IMG/VR virus record: IMGVR_UViG_3300047476_000982
Location: 120,729 to 184,728 of that record
Strand: one strand, 5' to 3'
DNA from: a virus
DNA: 64,000 bases
Shown here: positions 45,970 to 57,336 of the stretch, piece after piece
Position numbering within the stretch: the first letter of the stretch is position 1
How the letters are laid out: the number at the start of each line of letters is the position of its first letter
The notes under the pieces: generated by a model
Told to the model about the DNA's origin: nothing
What the model saw: only the letters and a program-made list of their open reading frames with translations
The model's database searches: none
Made by a program: the position numbers and the translations under genes

Positions 45970-46005
45970 GGAATAAATATAAAACAGAATTGATAAATGA
46001 TAAAA

Positions 46006-46893
46006 CTATTCTCCTAAGTACTTGATGATATCAGATTTATCACCCCACTCTCTTTGAGAGTCGATGTCACTTGGCTTGATTGTAGGTTTAGGCATATTTC
46101 TTGCAACATTCCAAAACCAATTTCCAGAGTGGCCATAACGTTTCATGTAGTCCCAACCTTTTGCATCATAAGTTTTGATACAATCAAATGGAGTATCAAT
46201 ATCACAATCTTTAAGAAACTCTTTATGATACGCGTAGAATTTAGCTCTACCTAATTCACCTGGTTGTACATTTCTTGCAACTGCTACTGCATTAAATTTA
46301 GTATTAGGAAGTGCAATTTGAAGTGTTCTAGATAAAACGCCTGTTGAGAAAACAGTCCATAGTTCGTCTATATTTTTATCTTTAAATGCTTCATGAAATA
46401 TCTTTACACCGCCTGCTACAACTTGTTCGTGTTTAAGACCAAATGGTAAATACTTTGCACCAATTTTTTGTGCGAACTCTTTTGCCCAACCATTTATAGT
46501 CGGCATAGCAGGAGTTTTTAAGAATATTGGAGTTGCGCCATCTTCAATAACACGTAGTTGATGTTCAGAAGCTTCTTTAGATGCTGGCATAAGTAGTACA
46601 AGTTTTTTATTATACTTCTTTGCAAGATATGTAAGTGAATATGGAGCATAGCCTGTTCTTGGTGCAACATAAACTAAAGTGTCTTCTTTTACTTGGCTGA
46701 TCATGAAGTCGCCCATCTTTGCTTTAGTTCCATATTGAAACTCCCCATCGTCTATTACATTATAACCATCAATTTGTTTTATAGAAAAGTCAAAGTCTGG
46801 TTTATAATCTTTGGTCATTTCTAGATAGTAGTTTAAATCTCTACCATCTGCCATGTCTAAATTAGATTGATCAGTCGCTTTGTTTATAAACAT
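46006..46893 (-). CDS. fold-type II PLP-dependent enzyme (TrpB/cysteine synthase/ACC deaminase-like)
   Basis: YGTKAK Schiff-base Lys, GYAPYSL, FSTGVLSRTL phosphate loop, YDAKGW, WFWNV. Confidence 0.75.
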   Translation of the reverse strand: MFINKATDQSNLDMADGRDLNYYLEMTKDYKPDFDFSIKQIDGYNVIDDGEFQYGTKAKMGDFMISQVKEDTLVYVAPRTGYAPYSLTYLAKKYNKKLVLLMPASKEASEHQLRVIEDGATPIFLKTPAMPTINGWAKEFAQKIGAKYLPFGLKHEQVVAGGVKIFHEAFKDKNIDELWTVFSTGVLSRTLQIALPNTKFNAVAVARNVQPGELGRAKFYAYHKEFLKDCDIDTPFDCIKTYDAKGWDYMKRYGHSGNWFWNVARNMPKPTIKPSDIDSQREWGDKSDIIKYLGE

Positions 46894-46895
46894 AA

Positions 46896-47939
46896 CTATT
46901 TTAGTTTGGTTGCGAAGTCATAATACTTATCATGACCCCATGTTTGTTTAAGAATCGTATTATTGCTCATTCTACGACCATTGTTTTTAATTACATGGTC
47001 AGCAGATTGATATTCTTGAAAATAACGAACTACGTCACAAGCTCTACTATCTTCACAATCAATTGGATTTAAGTTATATCTATTAGATAAGAATTGTAGT
47101 ACTTCATTAATGTATTCAAACTCTTTTACTCTAGGACTAACTTTAGGAAAAATAGCGTTAATACAACGAACAGCATTTGTTCCTGCGTACACCCAACCTT
47201 TAGGATTAACATAGTTAGGGAAATATTCACCCAAGTCTGCTGCAAATGCAGTTAATACAAAGTTTTGCTTTTTAAATCCAAGGTTTTTAAGATACTCATT
47301 ACCTAAATCTGTTACTTGATAGATATCACATCTTTTACTCTTAACTGCATCATAGATATGTCTAACTAAGCCTTCTGAGTATTCTAAAATAAACTTTCTT
47401 AAGTGACCTCTAGTTTCGTTCTCAAATGTAAATTGAGGAAGTAAGTATCCTTTATTATCTGTAAAAGGTGTGATGCGGTTATAAAGGTCCTGTTTCCATT
47501 CTGGCCACGTGTAATGTTCTTTCAATATAGAATCCACAATCCAGAAATTACCGAAACCGTGCGTACCCAGGATGTCCTTGATATGATCCTTCTTATATCT
47601 TGGTACATAATTAATACCAGAACCACAAAGTCTAAATAAATAGAACAGCATAAACCAATCAAACTCATCATTAATATCATGTTGAGTAAAGTGGTGACCC
47701 ATTCCTCTCATATCTTTTTCTTTATACCATACTGCTTCAGTGAATGCACAGAACGCTGCAAATCTACGGTGCGCGGTATCATAAATAGGCACATGATAGA
47801 TTAGATCATCATTTACATCTTTATATAAATCTCCTTCATAAGGAAGACCTAGACTACCATGTTGTTGCATCAATAAACTACGTTTATCGTATTCATCTAA
47901 GGCTTCAAGGAGTTTTTCATTCACAATGAATTTTTGCAT
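46896..47939 (-). CDS. HhH-fold amino acid:DNA transferase (AADT/aGPT-PPlase)-like protein
   Basis: IYDTAHRR (cf. NVxRxxD), GFKKQNFVLTAFAADL HhH, AGTNAVRCI (cf. GPGAxRGL), IDCEDSRACDVVRY (cf. DxExxLCExxKY). Confidence 0.6.
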   Translation of the reverse strand: MQKFIVNEKLLEALDEYDKRSLLMQQHGSLGLPYEGDLYKDVNDDLIYHVPIYDTAHRRFAAFCAFTEAVWYKEKDMRGMGHHFTQHDINDEFDWFMLFYLFRLCGSGINYVPRYKKDHIKDILGTHGFGNFWIVDSILKEHYTWPEWKQDLYNRITPFTDNKGYLLPQFTFENETRGHLRKFILEYSEGLVRHIYDAVKSKRCDIYQVTDLGNEYLKNLGFKKQNFVLTAFAADLGEYFPNYVNPKGWVYAGTNAVRCINAIFPKVSPRVKEFEYINEVLQFLSNRYNLNPIDCEDSRACDVVRYFQEYQSADHVIKNNGRRMSNNTILKQTWGHDKYYDFATKLK

Positions 47940-47940
47940 A

Positions 47941-48228
47941 TTATAGTTTTTCTATTTCTTGTTTTACTTCTTCCCAATAAGATTTAGCCATTCTCCAATC
48001 ACCACTATCAGACATTATCCCCATAGATAGTATTTCATTTACTGTTATTGAAGCATAAAATTTTGCGATAGGCTTTGTGTTGGAATATTCTTCCATTTCT
48101 ACAAATGTTATTTCAGGTCTTTCGTATATTTTGTTTAAAGTTTCTTTAATATCATTAGGACATTTAATGAAATAAACTCCGCGTAAATATTTTTGAAACA
48201 ATTCTTCTGCTTTTTCTTTTGGTGTCAT
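47941..48228 (-). CDS. small hypothetical protein (MTPKEKAEEL...YWEEVKQEIEKL family)
   Basis: ORF track; similar to 905..1078. Confidence 0.65.
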   Translation of the reverse strand: MTPKEKAEELFQKYLRGVYFIKCPNDIKETLNKIYERPEITFVEMEEYSNTKPIAKFYASITVNEILSMGIMSDSGDWRMAKSYWEEVKQEIEKL

Positions 48229-49154
48229 TTTACAAATTCATTTGCGAACATATAATATTTAGGCTTCAAATGTACCGATTGTTTAGGTTCCATGTATTCA
48301 AACATACCTGTACCATCTTCATCAATCCATTCATTTGGCCATTGAAGTGTTTTGAGTCCTGAGTTATTCATGATTCTATTTGCAGTATCTACTAATCTCA
48401 TTCTTTCTTGTCTTGTACCAAAATAAGGTTGTTTGAGATATAAACCTGTACCAGGTAATTTACGACTTTCATGCTCAACTGGCAACAAATTAACTAGAGT
48501 AGCATTATTTAGTTTTCTAGCAAACTCTACATAGCGTCTAATAAGATCTCCTACAGCTTCAGCAGGATTATCTTGTCTCATTAAGTGAAAACGAATATCG
48601 ATATTACCAAAGTAAAGAACCACTTCATCATACTTTTCATTCCATTCTCTAACGAGTGAATCAGCTTCTTTCAAAAAGCCAAACAAAGTTTTACCGTCTG
48701 TTCTATCAAGACCAAAACCAGGTCTCCATACACTAAGAGAATGCGAATCTCCACGAACTAACTTTCTTGTATCTTTACCATAATGTTTAGCATAGTTGAT
48801 ACAATTAATAGCTGGGAATACATGGTCTAAACCAAATCTTTTATTAAATATATTAAGATCAATAGGAACATTAACTGCGATAGCTAAACCTTTATAATTA
48901 GCCATAGCTTCAAGCTTAGCTCTATGTTCAGGTTGTGGTCCTCCAATAAAGTTGAATGTGTTCTCTTGATAGTTAACTCCTTCTAGAATATAGAGTCTTT
49001 CATAATCATTCCATGTTGAAGGATCAGGATTAAATTCTAATTCTCCTTTGTGTTGTGATTTTAATATACTCGACATAACATGATAATAGCCTCCACCGTG
49101 ATGGCTTTGGCTACTACCGATATTATTGAGCATACCTATTACGGCTGCTTTCAT
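48225..49154 (-). CDS. protein with C-terminal SGNH hydrolase/acyltransferase-like domain
   Basis: GDSH (block I), FGNID (block III), SVHL (block V). Confidence 0.65.
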   Translation of the reverse strand: MKAAVIGMLNNIGSSQSHHGGGYYHVMSSILKSQHKGELEFNPDPSTWNDYERLYILEGVNYQENTFNFIGGPQPEHRAKLEAMANYKGLAIAVNVPIDLNIFNKRFGLDHVFPAINCINYAKHYGKDTRKLVRGDSHSLSVWRPGFGLDRTDGKTLFGFLKEADSLVREWNEKYDEVVLYFGNIDIRFHLMRQDNPAEAVGDLIRRYVEFARKLNNATLVNLLPVEHESRKLPGTGLYLKQPYFGTRQERMRLVDTANRIMNNSGLKTLQWPNEWIDEDGTGMFEYMEPKQSVHLKPKYYMFANEFVK

Positions 49155-49174
49155 AACTTATTGTTTTTTAAATA

Positions 49175-50797
49175 TTACATTCCCATAGTCATATCCATCA
49201 TAGGATCTGACTTGTCATTTTTTTCTTTCTTTTCAAATACAACAGATTCAGTTGTCAAAATAGTTCCTGCTACTGATGTTGCATTTTTAAGTGCTGTGAT
49301 AACAACTTTAGCTGGATCAATAATGCCTGATTCAAATGCATCTACCATTTTATGATTCTTTGCATCGTATACTTGTCCAGTGCTAGGGATATTTTCAAAC
49401 CAATTCTCAATACCTGCATTAGACAATATCTTTTTGAATGGCGCTTGTAAAGCATTACGAACAATATCTCTAGCGATTGCTACGTTACTATTGCTTTCTG
49501 CTCTATGATTAAGTGCTACTCTATAAAGTGTTGCACCACCACCAGGTACAATACCATCAGCAAGAGCGGCTTTAGTTGCAAATAATGCGTCTTCTACACG
49601 GTCTTTCTTCTCTCTAATTTCAATATCACTATTACCGCCTACAGAAATAATTGCAACACCACCAATCAACTTACCAAGTCTTTCTTGTAACTTTTCTTTC
49701 TCATAGAATGATGTAGCTTTTTCAATCTGCTCTTTTATTTCTTCTGCTCTAACTTCAATTGCTTTTTCATCACCTTTACCATCAATTATAGTAGTCTCCT
49801 CTTTAGATACAGTTACAAGTCTTGTTGTACCAAGATATTGAGCAAGTTGTTGTGTAGACAATTTATCAAGCTTCAAACCTTTATCTTTAGAAATAACTTG
49901 TCCACCTGTCAAGATAGCAATATCTTCTAAGATTAATGTTTTACGCTCACCAAAGTCTGGTGCTTTAACTGCACAAACTTGTACAATACCACGCATTTTA
50001 TTTACAATCAATGTAGCAAGAGCTTCATCACCAATGTCTTCAGCAATAATCAACAAAGGTCTATTCTCTGAATTTGCTTTAGTTAATACTTGCAATAACT
50101 CTTGTGCAGTTGAAATACGTCCATCATACAAAAGAATATATGGATTATCAAGCACAGATTGCATTGTTGTATTGTTAGTTACAAAATAAGGTGATTTGTA
50201 ACCACGATCAAATTGCATACCTTCAACAATCTCTAATGTAGTTTCACCAGTCTTAGATTCTTCAATAGTAACTACACCTTCACGACCAACTTTATCAAGT
50301 GCTTCAGCAATTAAGTTACCAACTTCAGGATCATTATTACCTGAAATAGTTGCAACTTGTTTGATTTGATCTTCTGAAGAGATTTCTGTTGCTAATCCTT
50401 TAATTTCTTTTACTACTTCATTAACAATATTGTCAATTTCATTCTTAATTTCAACAGCGTTGACTCCTTGACGAATTTCTTTAAGACCTTGCTTAATCAT
50501 TTCAGTGGCAAGAAGTGTAGATGTTGTTGTACCATCACCTGCTTCATTTGCAGATTTAATACTAACTTGCTTAACAAGTTGTGCACCAAGATCTTCAATG
50601 TCATCTTCAAGCTTGTGAAATGCTTTAGCTACTGTTACACCGTCTTTTGTAACTTTAACTTCGCCATTTTGTTCACGAATTAATACTGTACGTCCACCAG
50701 GACCTAATGTTGATGATACTGATTGATTTAGTTTCTCTATACCGGAAAGTAACTTTTCTTTAAGCTCTGTTCCAAAAACGTTTTTTGTTGTACTCAT
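49175..50797 (-). CDS. groEL: chaperonin GroEL (start MSTTKN)
   Basis: [46 protein letters not shown]. Confidence 0.97.
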   Translation of the reverse strand: MSTTKNVFGTELKEKLLSGIEKLNQSVSSTLGPGGRTVLIREQNGEVKVTKDGVTVAKAFHKLEDDIEDLGAQLVKQVSIKSANEAGDGTTTSTLLATEMIKQGLKEIRQGVNAVEIKNEIDNIVNEVVKEIKGLATEISSEDQIKQVATISGNNDPEVGNLIAEALDKVGREGVVTIEESKTGETTLEIVEGMQFDRGYKSPYFVTNNTTMQSVLDNPYILLYDGRISTAQELLQVLTKANSENRPLLIIAEDIGDEALATLIVNKMRGIVQVCAVKAPDFGERKTLILEDIAILTGGQVISKDKGLKLDKLSTQQLAQYLGTTRLVTVSKEETTIIDGKGDEKAIEVRAEEIKEQIEKATSFYEKEKLQERLGKLIGGVAIISVGGNSDIEIREKKDRVEDALFATKAALADGIVPGGGATLYRVALNHRAESNSNVAIARDIVRNALQAPFKKILSNAGIENWFENIPSTGQVYDAKNHKMVDAFESGIIDPAKVVITALKNATSVAGTILTTESVVFEKKEKNDKSDPMMDMTMGM

Positions 50798-50810
50798 AGT
50801 CTTTTTTATT

Positions 50811-51101
50811 TTATTCAATAACACCTAAAATGTCTGATTCTTTACAAATGAAATAGTCTTGTCCTTCAAATACGATTCTTTGAGAACCAAGTTTAGGGAT
50901 TAATACTACTTCTCCTTCTTCAAGAGTTGACATAACTAGTTTGTCTGTGTTGTAATTGTAAACATTAGATGTTGCTACTACTGTTCCCATCTCAGGTCTT
51001 TCTTTACCAAGATCTGGAATAATGATGTTACCGAATGTTTCTTCTTCGCTTTCGATTGGCTTTAATACTATATAGCCATTTAGTGGGGTTATTTTATTCA
51101 T
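50811..51101 (-). CDS. groES: co-chaperonin GroES
   Basis: ITPLNGYIVL, FGNIIIPD..KERPEMGTVVA, ESDILGVIE. Confidence 0.93.
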   Translation of the reverse strand: MNKITPLNGYIVLKPIESEEETFGNIIIPDLGKERPEMGTVVATSNVYNYNTDKLVMSTLEEGEVVLIPKLGSQRIVFEGQDYFICKESDILGVIE

Positions 51102-51105
51102 ATTG

Positions 51106-51300
51106 CTAATTTAATATTTCTAATTCATTTACTTTAATACAAAAATAGAGTAAGGCATCTTTTTTAAAGACAGCATCTACTCCAAACCATATTTTAAAAT
51201 CATCAAGGTTTTTACCTTGCACAAACTCTTCTTTTAGAGTTCTTTTGATTTCAAATAAGTCTCCATTAATGTTAATGAAATTTCTGTGTAATTGAAACAT
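51106..51300 (-). CDS. hypothetical protein
   Basis: ORF track. Confidence 0.55.
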   Translation of the reverse strand: MFQLHRNFININGDLFEIKRTLKEEFVQGKNLDDFKIWFGVDAVFKKDALLYFCIKVNELEILN

Positions 51301-51332
51301 AACTGGTTGTAGGTAGGCCTTTTATTTATAAC

Positions 51333-51764
51333 TTATTTTAGTTGTTTTTTTGGAGTTGTGATCTCAATCTTTCTTACAGCTTTACCTTCAGCAATTGGAA
51401 TATCTAGAGTAAGAAGGCCTTTATCTAACTGTGCTTCTAGTTTAGAAAGATCAAACTTAGTACTAATTTTCCAAGTTAAATCAAAGCTAGAACGCTTGAT
51501 GCCTTTATAAATAACAGACTCTTCAGTTTCTGTTTGAGGCTTTTCATACTTAATACGAAGTTGATCATTATCGATTTGAATATCGATATCTTTTGAATCA
51601 AGACCTACAGCAGCTACTTCAAATTTAATGCCACTAGGTGTTTCGTAAATGTCTACAGGATGTGTTACTTTCTGCGTAATTGCAGAGAATCGTGAATTGT
51701 TTTCGAATAAGTCTCGCCATAGTAAATCAAATGGGTCGAGCTCAAATGGTCTAAATGTTCCCAT
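51333..51764 (-). CDS. Hsp20 small heat-shock protein
   Basis: PVDIYET, KGIKRSSF, AQLDKGLLTLDIP. Confidence 0.92.
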   Translation of the reverse strand: MGTFRPFELDPFDLLWRDLFENNSRFSAITQKVTHPVDIYETPSGIKFEVAAVGLDSKDIDIQIDNDQLRIKYEKPQTETEESVIYKGIKRSSFDLTWKISTKFDLSKLEAQLDKGLLTLDIPIAEGKAVRKIEITTPKKQLK

Positions 51765-51894
51765 GTTTTTTTGTTTTGTGTTCCCTTACGGTGAACGGTT
51801 AATTAATGTTTATTTTATAACCTTGGCCTACCTACAGTGCCATTTATTATAAATATATAAAACTAGAAAATATTGGAAAAATTAATCTTTAGAG

Positions 51895-52212
51895 TTACTT
51901 ATCTTTCTTTTCATCCCTCTTAGGAAACTCTCTTATCGGTGCAGTTCTAGGACCTCTTGGGGCTGATGGTGGCGCGGTTGGACCGAACGCATTTCTCCTA
52001 GGTTGTTGAGGTTGTCTAGGAATAGGTCGATCTCTATAAATTATAATAGGAGATTCTCTTCTATAAAAGAAAGGATCTATATAACCTGGTACTACGTAGA
52101 TTGGATCCCAATCATACATTCTTCTTTGTCTATAGTCTATGTAACCTACTGGTTCAGTTATATAACAACTTGATAAAGATACTAAAAATAAAATTATAAG
52201 TGCCTTTTTCAT
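51895..52212 (-). CDS. Pro/Arg-rich lipoprotein
   Basis: Lipobox LSSC. Confidence 0.65.
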   Translation of the reverse strand: MKKALIILFLVSLSSCYITEPVGYIDYRQRRMYDWDPIYVVPGYIDPFFYRRESPIIIYRDRPIPRQPQQPRRNAFGPTAPPSAPRGPRTAPIREFPKRDEKKDK

Positions 52213-52224
52213 ACTAATAAATAT

Positions 52225-54528
52225 TTAATGGCCGTCACGAAGATTGTGTGCTAGTGCTGGGGGTGCTTTCAAATCAATACTAAGTTTAGTAGTGTTCTCC
52301 ATTAAATCCTGGACGATCCTGGCCGCTTCTTCTGATCTGGCTTGTTCTACCTCAATAACTAACTGGTCATGGATCTGAGCACATACCCAGCCACGTATAC
52401 CTAGTTCTATGAACTTTCTATTGATAGCCAATGCTGCACGGTTAACTATTGATGCTGCGAGACCTTGGATCTGTACGTTACAAGAGTTATTTAGTCCATT
52501 AATATAGTCTCTACTAAGATTCTTAATTTGATCTACACCATATTGTCTTTCCATTTCTTTCTTAATGTTCCAATCAAGTAAGTCGTCACCAATCTTATCG
52601 TAAATAGCTTTTACTTTAGGAAGATGTCGAATACGTCCAACTTGGGTACTAACGTATCCTTTTTCCTTAGCTTGTTTTTTAGATCTTTCCATCCAGTTTT
52701 TAAGTTCAGGAAACCCATTTAAGTAACCATCAACAAGCTTCTTAGCTTCTTTAGTAGGAATACCAAGAGTCATACCAAGTGCATAAGCTCCCATACCATA
52801 AGGAATACCTAAAGCATAAGCCTTTGCTTTATTTCTTAACTTAGGTTCAAGTTTACGAAGGAAGTTAGGTGCTTTTTTATCTGGTGAATATTGGTTCAGC
52901 TTTTCTGTTTTAATTGCGATAGTAGAGTAGAAGTCCCAGTTGTTTCTAAAAATATCTTTTAGTCCTTCATCACCAGATACGTGAGCAAATGTGTGAGGTT
53001 CGAGTGATTCATAGTCGCAGTCTACAAATATGTTTCCTTCATCATGAATAAAGAATGCTCGAATCAAGTTATTGTATTCAATTACAATTGGTTCATCATC
53101 ACCTTCTTCTTTAGGTCTAGGAAGCTGTTGCGCATCAGAACCATAACGTCCTGATACTGTGCCATGTTGTTTATAATAGAAGTAGTATCTACCGTCTTCT
53201 TGAGCATCTAAGAAACGATCCATGTAAGTACTCTTGATCTTAAGTAGTCTATTATAGATGCGTAAGTTCTTTGCCCATTCATATTTGCCTGCTATTGATT
53301 GAACAGTATCGTCATCAAATTGAGGTTTACCTGTTTTTGTAGTAGACAAAGGTTTAATACCTAATACGCCAAAAGCAATTTCACCGAGTTGATCTTTAGA
53401 CTGGATATTGAAATACGCTCCATCATTATCTTCTCTCCATAACTTCATACTAATTTTCATACTAACATCACGATCTAATACAGCGGCATCTCCATGAAGT
53501 AGGAAATGTTTAGCAGAACATTCAGGAAGTCTCATTAATGCAGACTTAGTTACAGTATATTTACCAGTCTTAGCAGATTGTTCTAGATCAAACTTCATTT
53601 CTTTTACTAGCTCTTGAGCAAATGTACCTTTATTATTTGGTGGATATGCATCTTGAGCTTTGTATACTACCCAAGCTCTAACATCTGGATTTTTGAGTAA
53701 TTCTTTTGTTACTAGATCTGCATATTCTTGTAGCTTTTCTATAATTTTAGCACGACTAGATTTTATAAGTTCCATGTCAAGTTTAATACCAACTTGTTCC
53801 ATAGGAATAGTAACCTCTTTGTAAAGAGGCATTACTTCATCTTCAAAGAAGAACTTTTCTAGACCTTCATCTTTAAGTGTCTTCATGAAATGATTATATA
53901 CTCTAAGAGTTAAGTCAGTATCTGCTGAAGCGTATTCTGAAAGTAGTTCAAGATCTGCTTTCCATATCTCGTAGTTCTCTCGTGTTATCTGACCACCATT
54001 TCTTTTTATTGATTCTTTAAGAGCAACTTGTTCTTCATTAGCGGCTTTTTCTACATCTAGACCAATATCTTTTTGAATCATCTTAGCAATGTCTTTAAGA
54101 CCGAATGCAGAACCTCCCATGAAGCCTGCGCCTTCTTCTTTTACAGTATGAACGAGTAGCATTGTATCTACATGTAGTGAAGAAAGTAAATCTACATTAT
54201 AAAAACACTTAACGAATCTAACGTCAAATGATGCGTTATGCATTACTAGTTTTTTACCTACTAATAAAGAGATAGTTTTTTTTGCAAGATCATGTGCTAG
54301 TTTACCTTCAATGATAGCATCTTGAAGTTCATTATCTTTGAATATCATAGTTGGCATATAATATCCTTTACCAACTTCACCAGATACAGAAAAACCAATA
54401 ATCTTACCTTTACGAGGATTAAGACTATTAGTCTCAGTATCAAACGCAATTATTTCACACGACTTTATATGTTCGATAAGATCTTTAAGTTTGTCTATCG
54501 AATCAACTGTAACATAACTTTTATTCAT
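52225..54528 (-). CDS. polA: DNA polymerase family A with 3'-5' exonuclease (Leu762 type)
   Basis: FDTET, HNASFD, YASAD; DYESLEP, RNKAKAYALGIPYG, QIHDQL. Confidence 0.95.
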   Translation of the reverse strand: MNKSYVTVDSIDKLKDLIEHIKSCEIIAFDTETNSLNPRKGKIIGFSVSGEVGKGYYMPTMIFKDNELQDAIIEGKLAHDLAKKTISLLVGKKLVMHNASFDVRFVKCFYNVDLLSSLHVDTMLLVHTVKEEGAGFMGGSAFGLKDIAKMIQKDIGLDVEKAANEEQVALKESIKRNGGQITRENYEIWKADLELLSEYASADTDLTLRVYNHFMKTLKDEGLEKFFFEDEVMPLYKEVTIPMEQVGIKLDMELIKSSRAKIIEKLQEYADLVTKELLKNPDVRAWVVYKAQDAYPPNNKGTFAQELVKEMKFDLEQSAKTGKYTVTKSALMRLPECSAKHFLLHGDAAVLDRDVSMKISMKLWREDNDGAYFNIQSKDQLGEIAFGVLGIKPLSTTKTGKPQFDDDTVQSIAGKYEWAKNLRIYNRLLKIKSTYMDRFLDAQEDGRYYFYYKQHGTVSGRYGSDAQQLPRPKEEGDDEPIVIEYNNLIRAFFIHDEGNIFVDCDYESLEPHTFAHVSGDEGLKDIFRNNWDFYSTIAIKTEKLNQYSPDKKAPNFLRKLEPKLRNKAKAYALGIPYGMGAYALGMTLGIPTKEAKKLVDGYLNGFPELKNWMERSKKQAKEKGYVSTQVGRIRHLPKVKAIYDKIGDDLLDWNIKKEMERQYGVDQIKNLSRDYINGLNNSCNVQIQGLAASIVNRAALAINRKFIELGIRGWVCAQIHDQLVIEVEQARSEEAARIVQDLMENTTKLSIDLKAPPALAHNLRDGH

Positions 54529-54534
54529 AACTAT

Positions 54535-54729
54535 TTATTGTTGGTTTTTGTCTTTCTTTTTGTAAGGAAACAATTCGTTTAGCTTTTCTCTACGTCTATT
54601 ACATCCGCAGTCTTCTTCACCCATTGCATGTGCAACTTTCTCTGCTAATACATCTAGTTTAAGAACATGAGTAACTTTAGCAATAGTATCACCTAAGCCT
54701 TTTGATTCATCATTTGTCTTGTTTTCCAT
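54535..54729 (-). CDS. hypothetical phage protein
   Basis: SKGLGDTIAK...DCGC.RR. Confidence 0.65.
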   Translation of the reverse strand: MENKTNDESKGLGDTIAKVTHVLKLDVLAEKVAHAMGEEDCGCNRRREKLNELFPYKKKDKNQQ

Positions 54730-54913
54730 CTAGATCTTTTTTTATCTTGTCTAACATACCTCCAGCAGACATAGCTAATATACCAATTTGTGACCAAACA
54801 TCTTCTAATTCTCTTTTTAGTTTAGCTATTTTTCTCCATTGAAGTACTTGGATAAGCATTAAAATTAAAGTAACAGTCAAATATAAGTATTCTGAATTTA
54901 TCGTAACCGTCAT
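54710..54913 (-). CDS. single-TM coiled-coil protein
   Basis: ORF track. Confidence 0.5.
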   Translation of the reverse strand: MTVTINSEYLYLTVTLILMLIQVLQWRKIAKLKRELEDVWSQIGILAMSAGGMLDKIKKDLDGKQDK

Positions 54914-54915
54914 AT

Positions 54916-56959
<2,044 letters not shown>

Positions 56960-57071
56960 TTTAGTTTTGTTTTATAAAAGTTTAAAAAATAGTTTAGCCT
57001 CTAGAAGGTTTCTTTTCCTTCTAGTCTAGTCATAACCTGATTAATTTAAGATCTGTTGTGTTTTGAACTAA

Positions 57072-57293
57072 TTACTTAGCTCCTGGAAGTACTGAATTGC
57101 CTGAAGTGCTTTGAGTAGGCGTAGGCTTAGTCTTCTGAATCTTACTGATCGTATTAGTATTTAATTTACTTGCTTGGTTAGGATTAACCGAGTTAAGCTG
57201 CGCAATTTGGTCATTATATTTAATAGGAGATGCAGTAGCTCTAAAATTGTCTCCTTTAATTGCTTTTCTAAATAAATCGATCAAAAAATTCAT
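57072..57293 (-). CDS. small basic hypothetical protein
   Basis: ORF track; ATATTTAT upstream. Confidence 0.5.
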   Translation of the reverse strand: MNFLIDLFRKAIKGDNFRATASPIKYNDQIAQLNSVNPNQASKLNTNTISKIQKTKPTPTQSTSGNSVLPGAK

Positions 57294-57336
57294 AGTAGTC
57301 TATTTTCTTTAATAAATATAACCTTTTTGGGTTAAT

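Noticed and set aside
51805-51850. CIRCE element upstream of the chaperone genes
   Set aside because: Only a partial left arm (TGGCACTG); no matching GAGTGCTAA arm.
56960-57070. Cobalamin riboswitch or NrdR box before nrdJ
   Set aside because: The region is too short and AT-rich, with no B12 box or NrdR consensus; only a simple hairpin.
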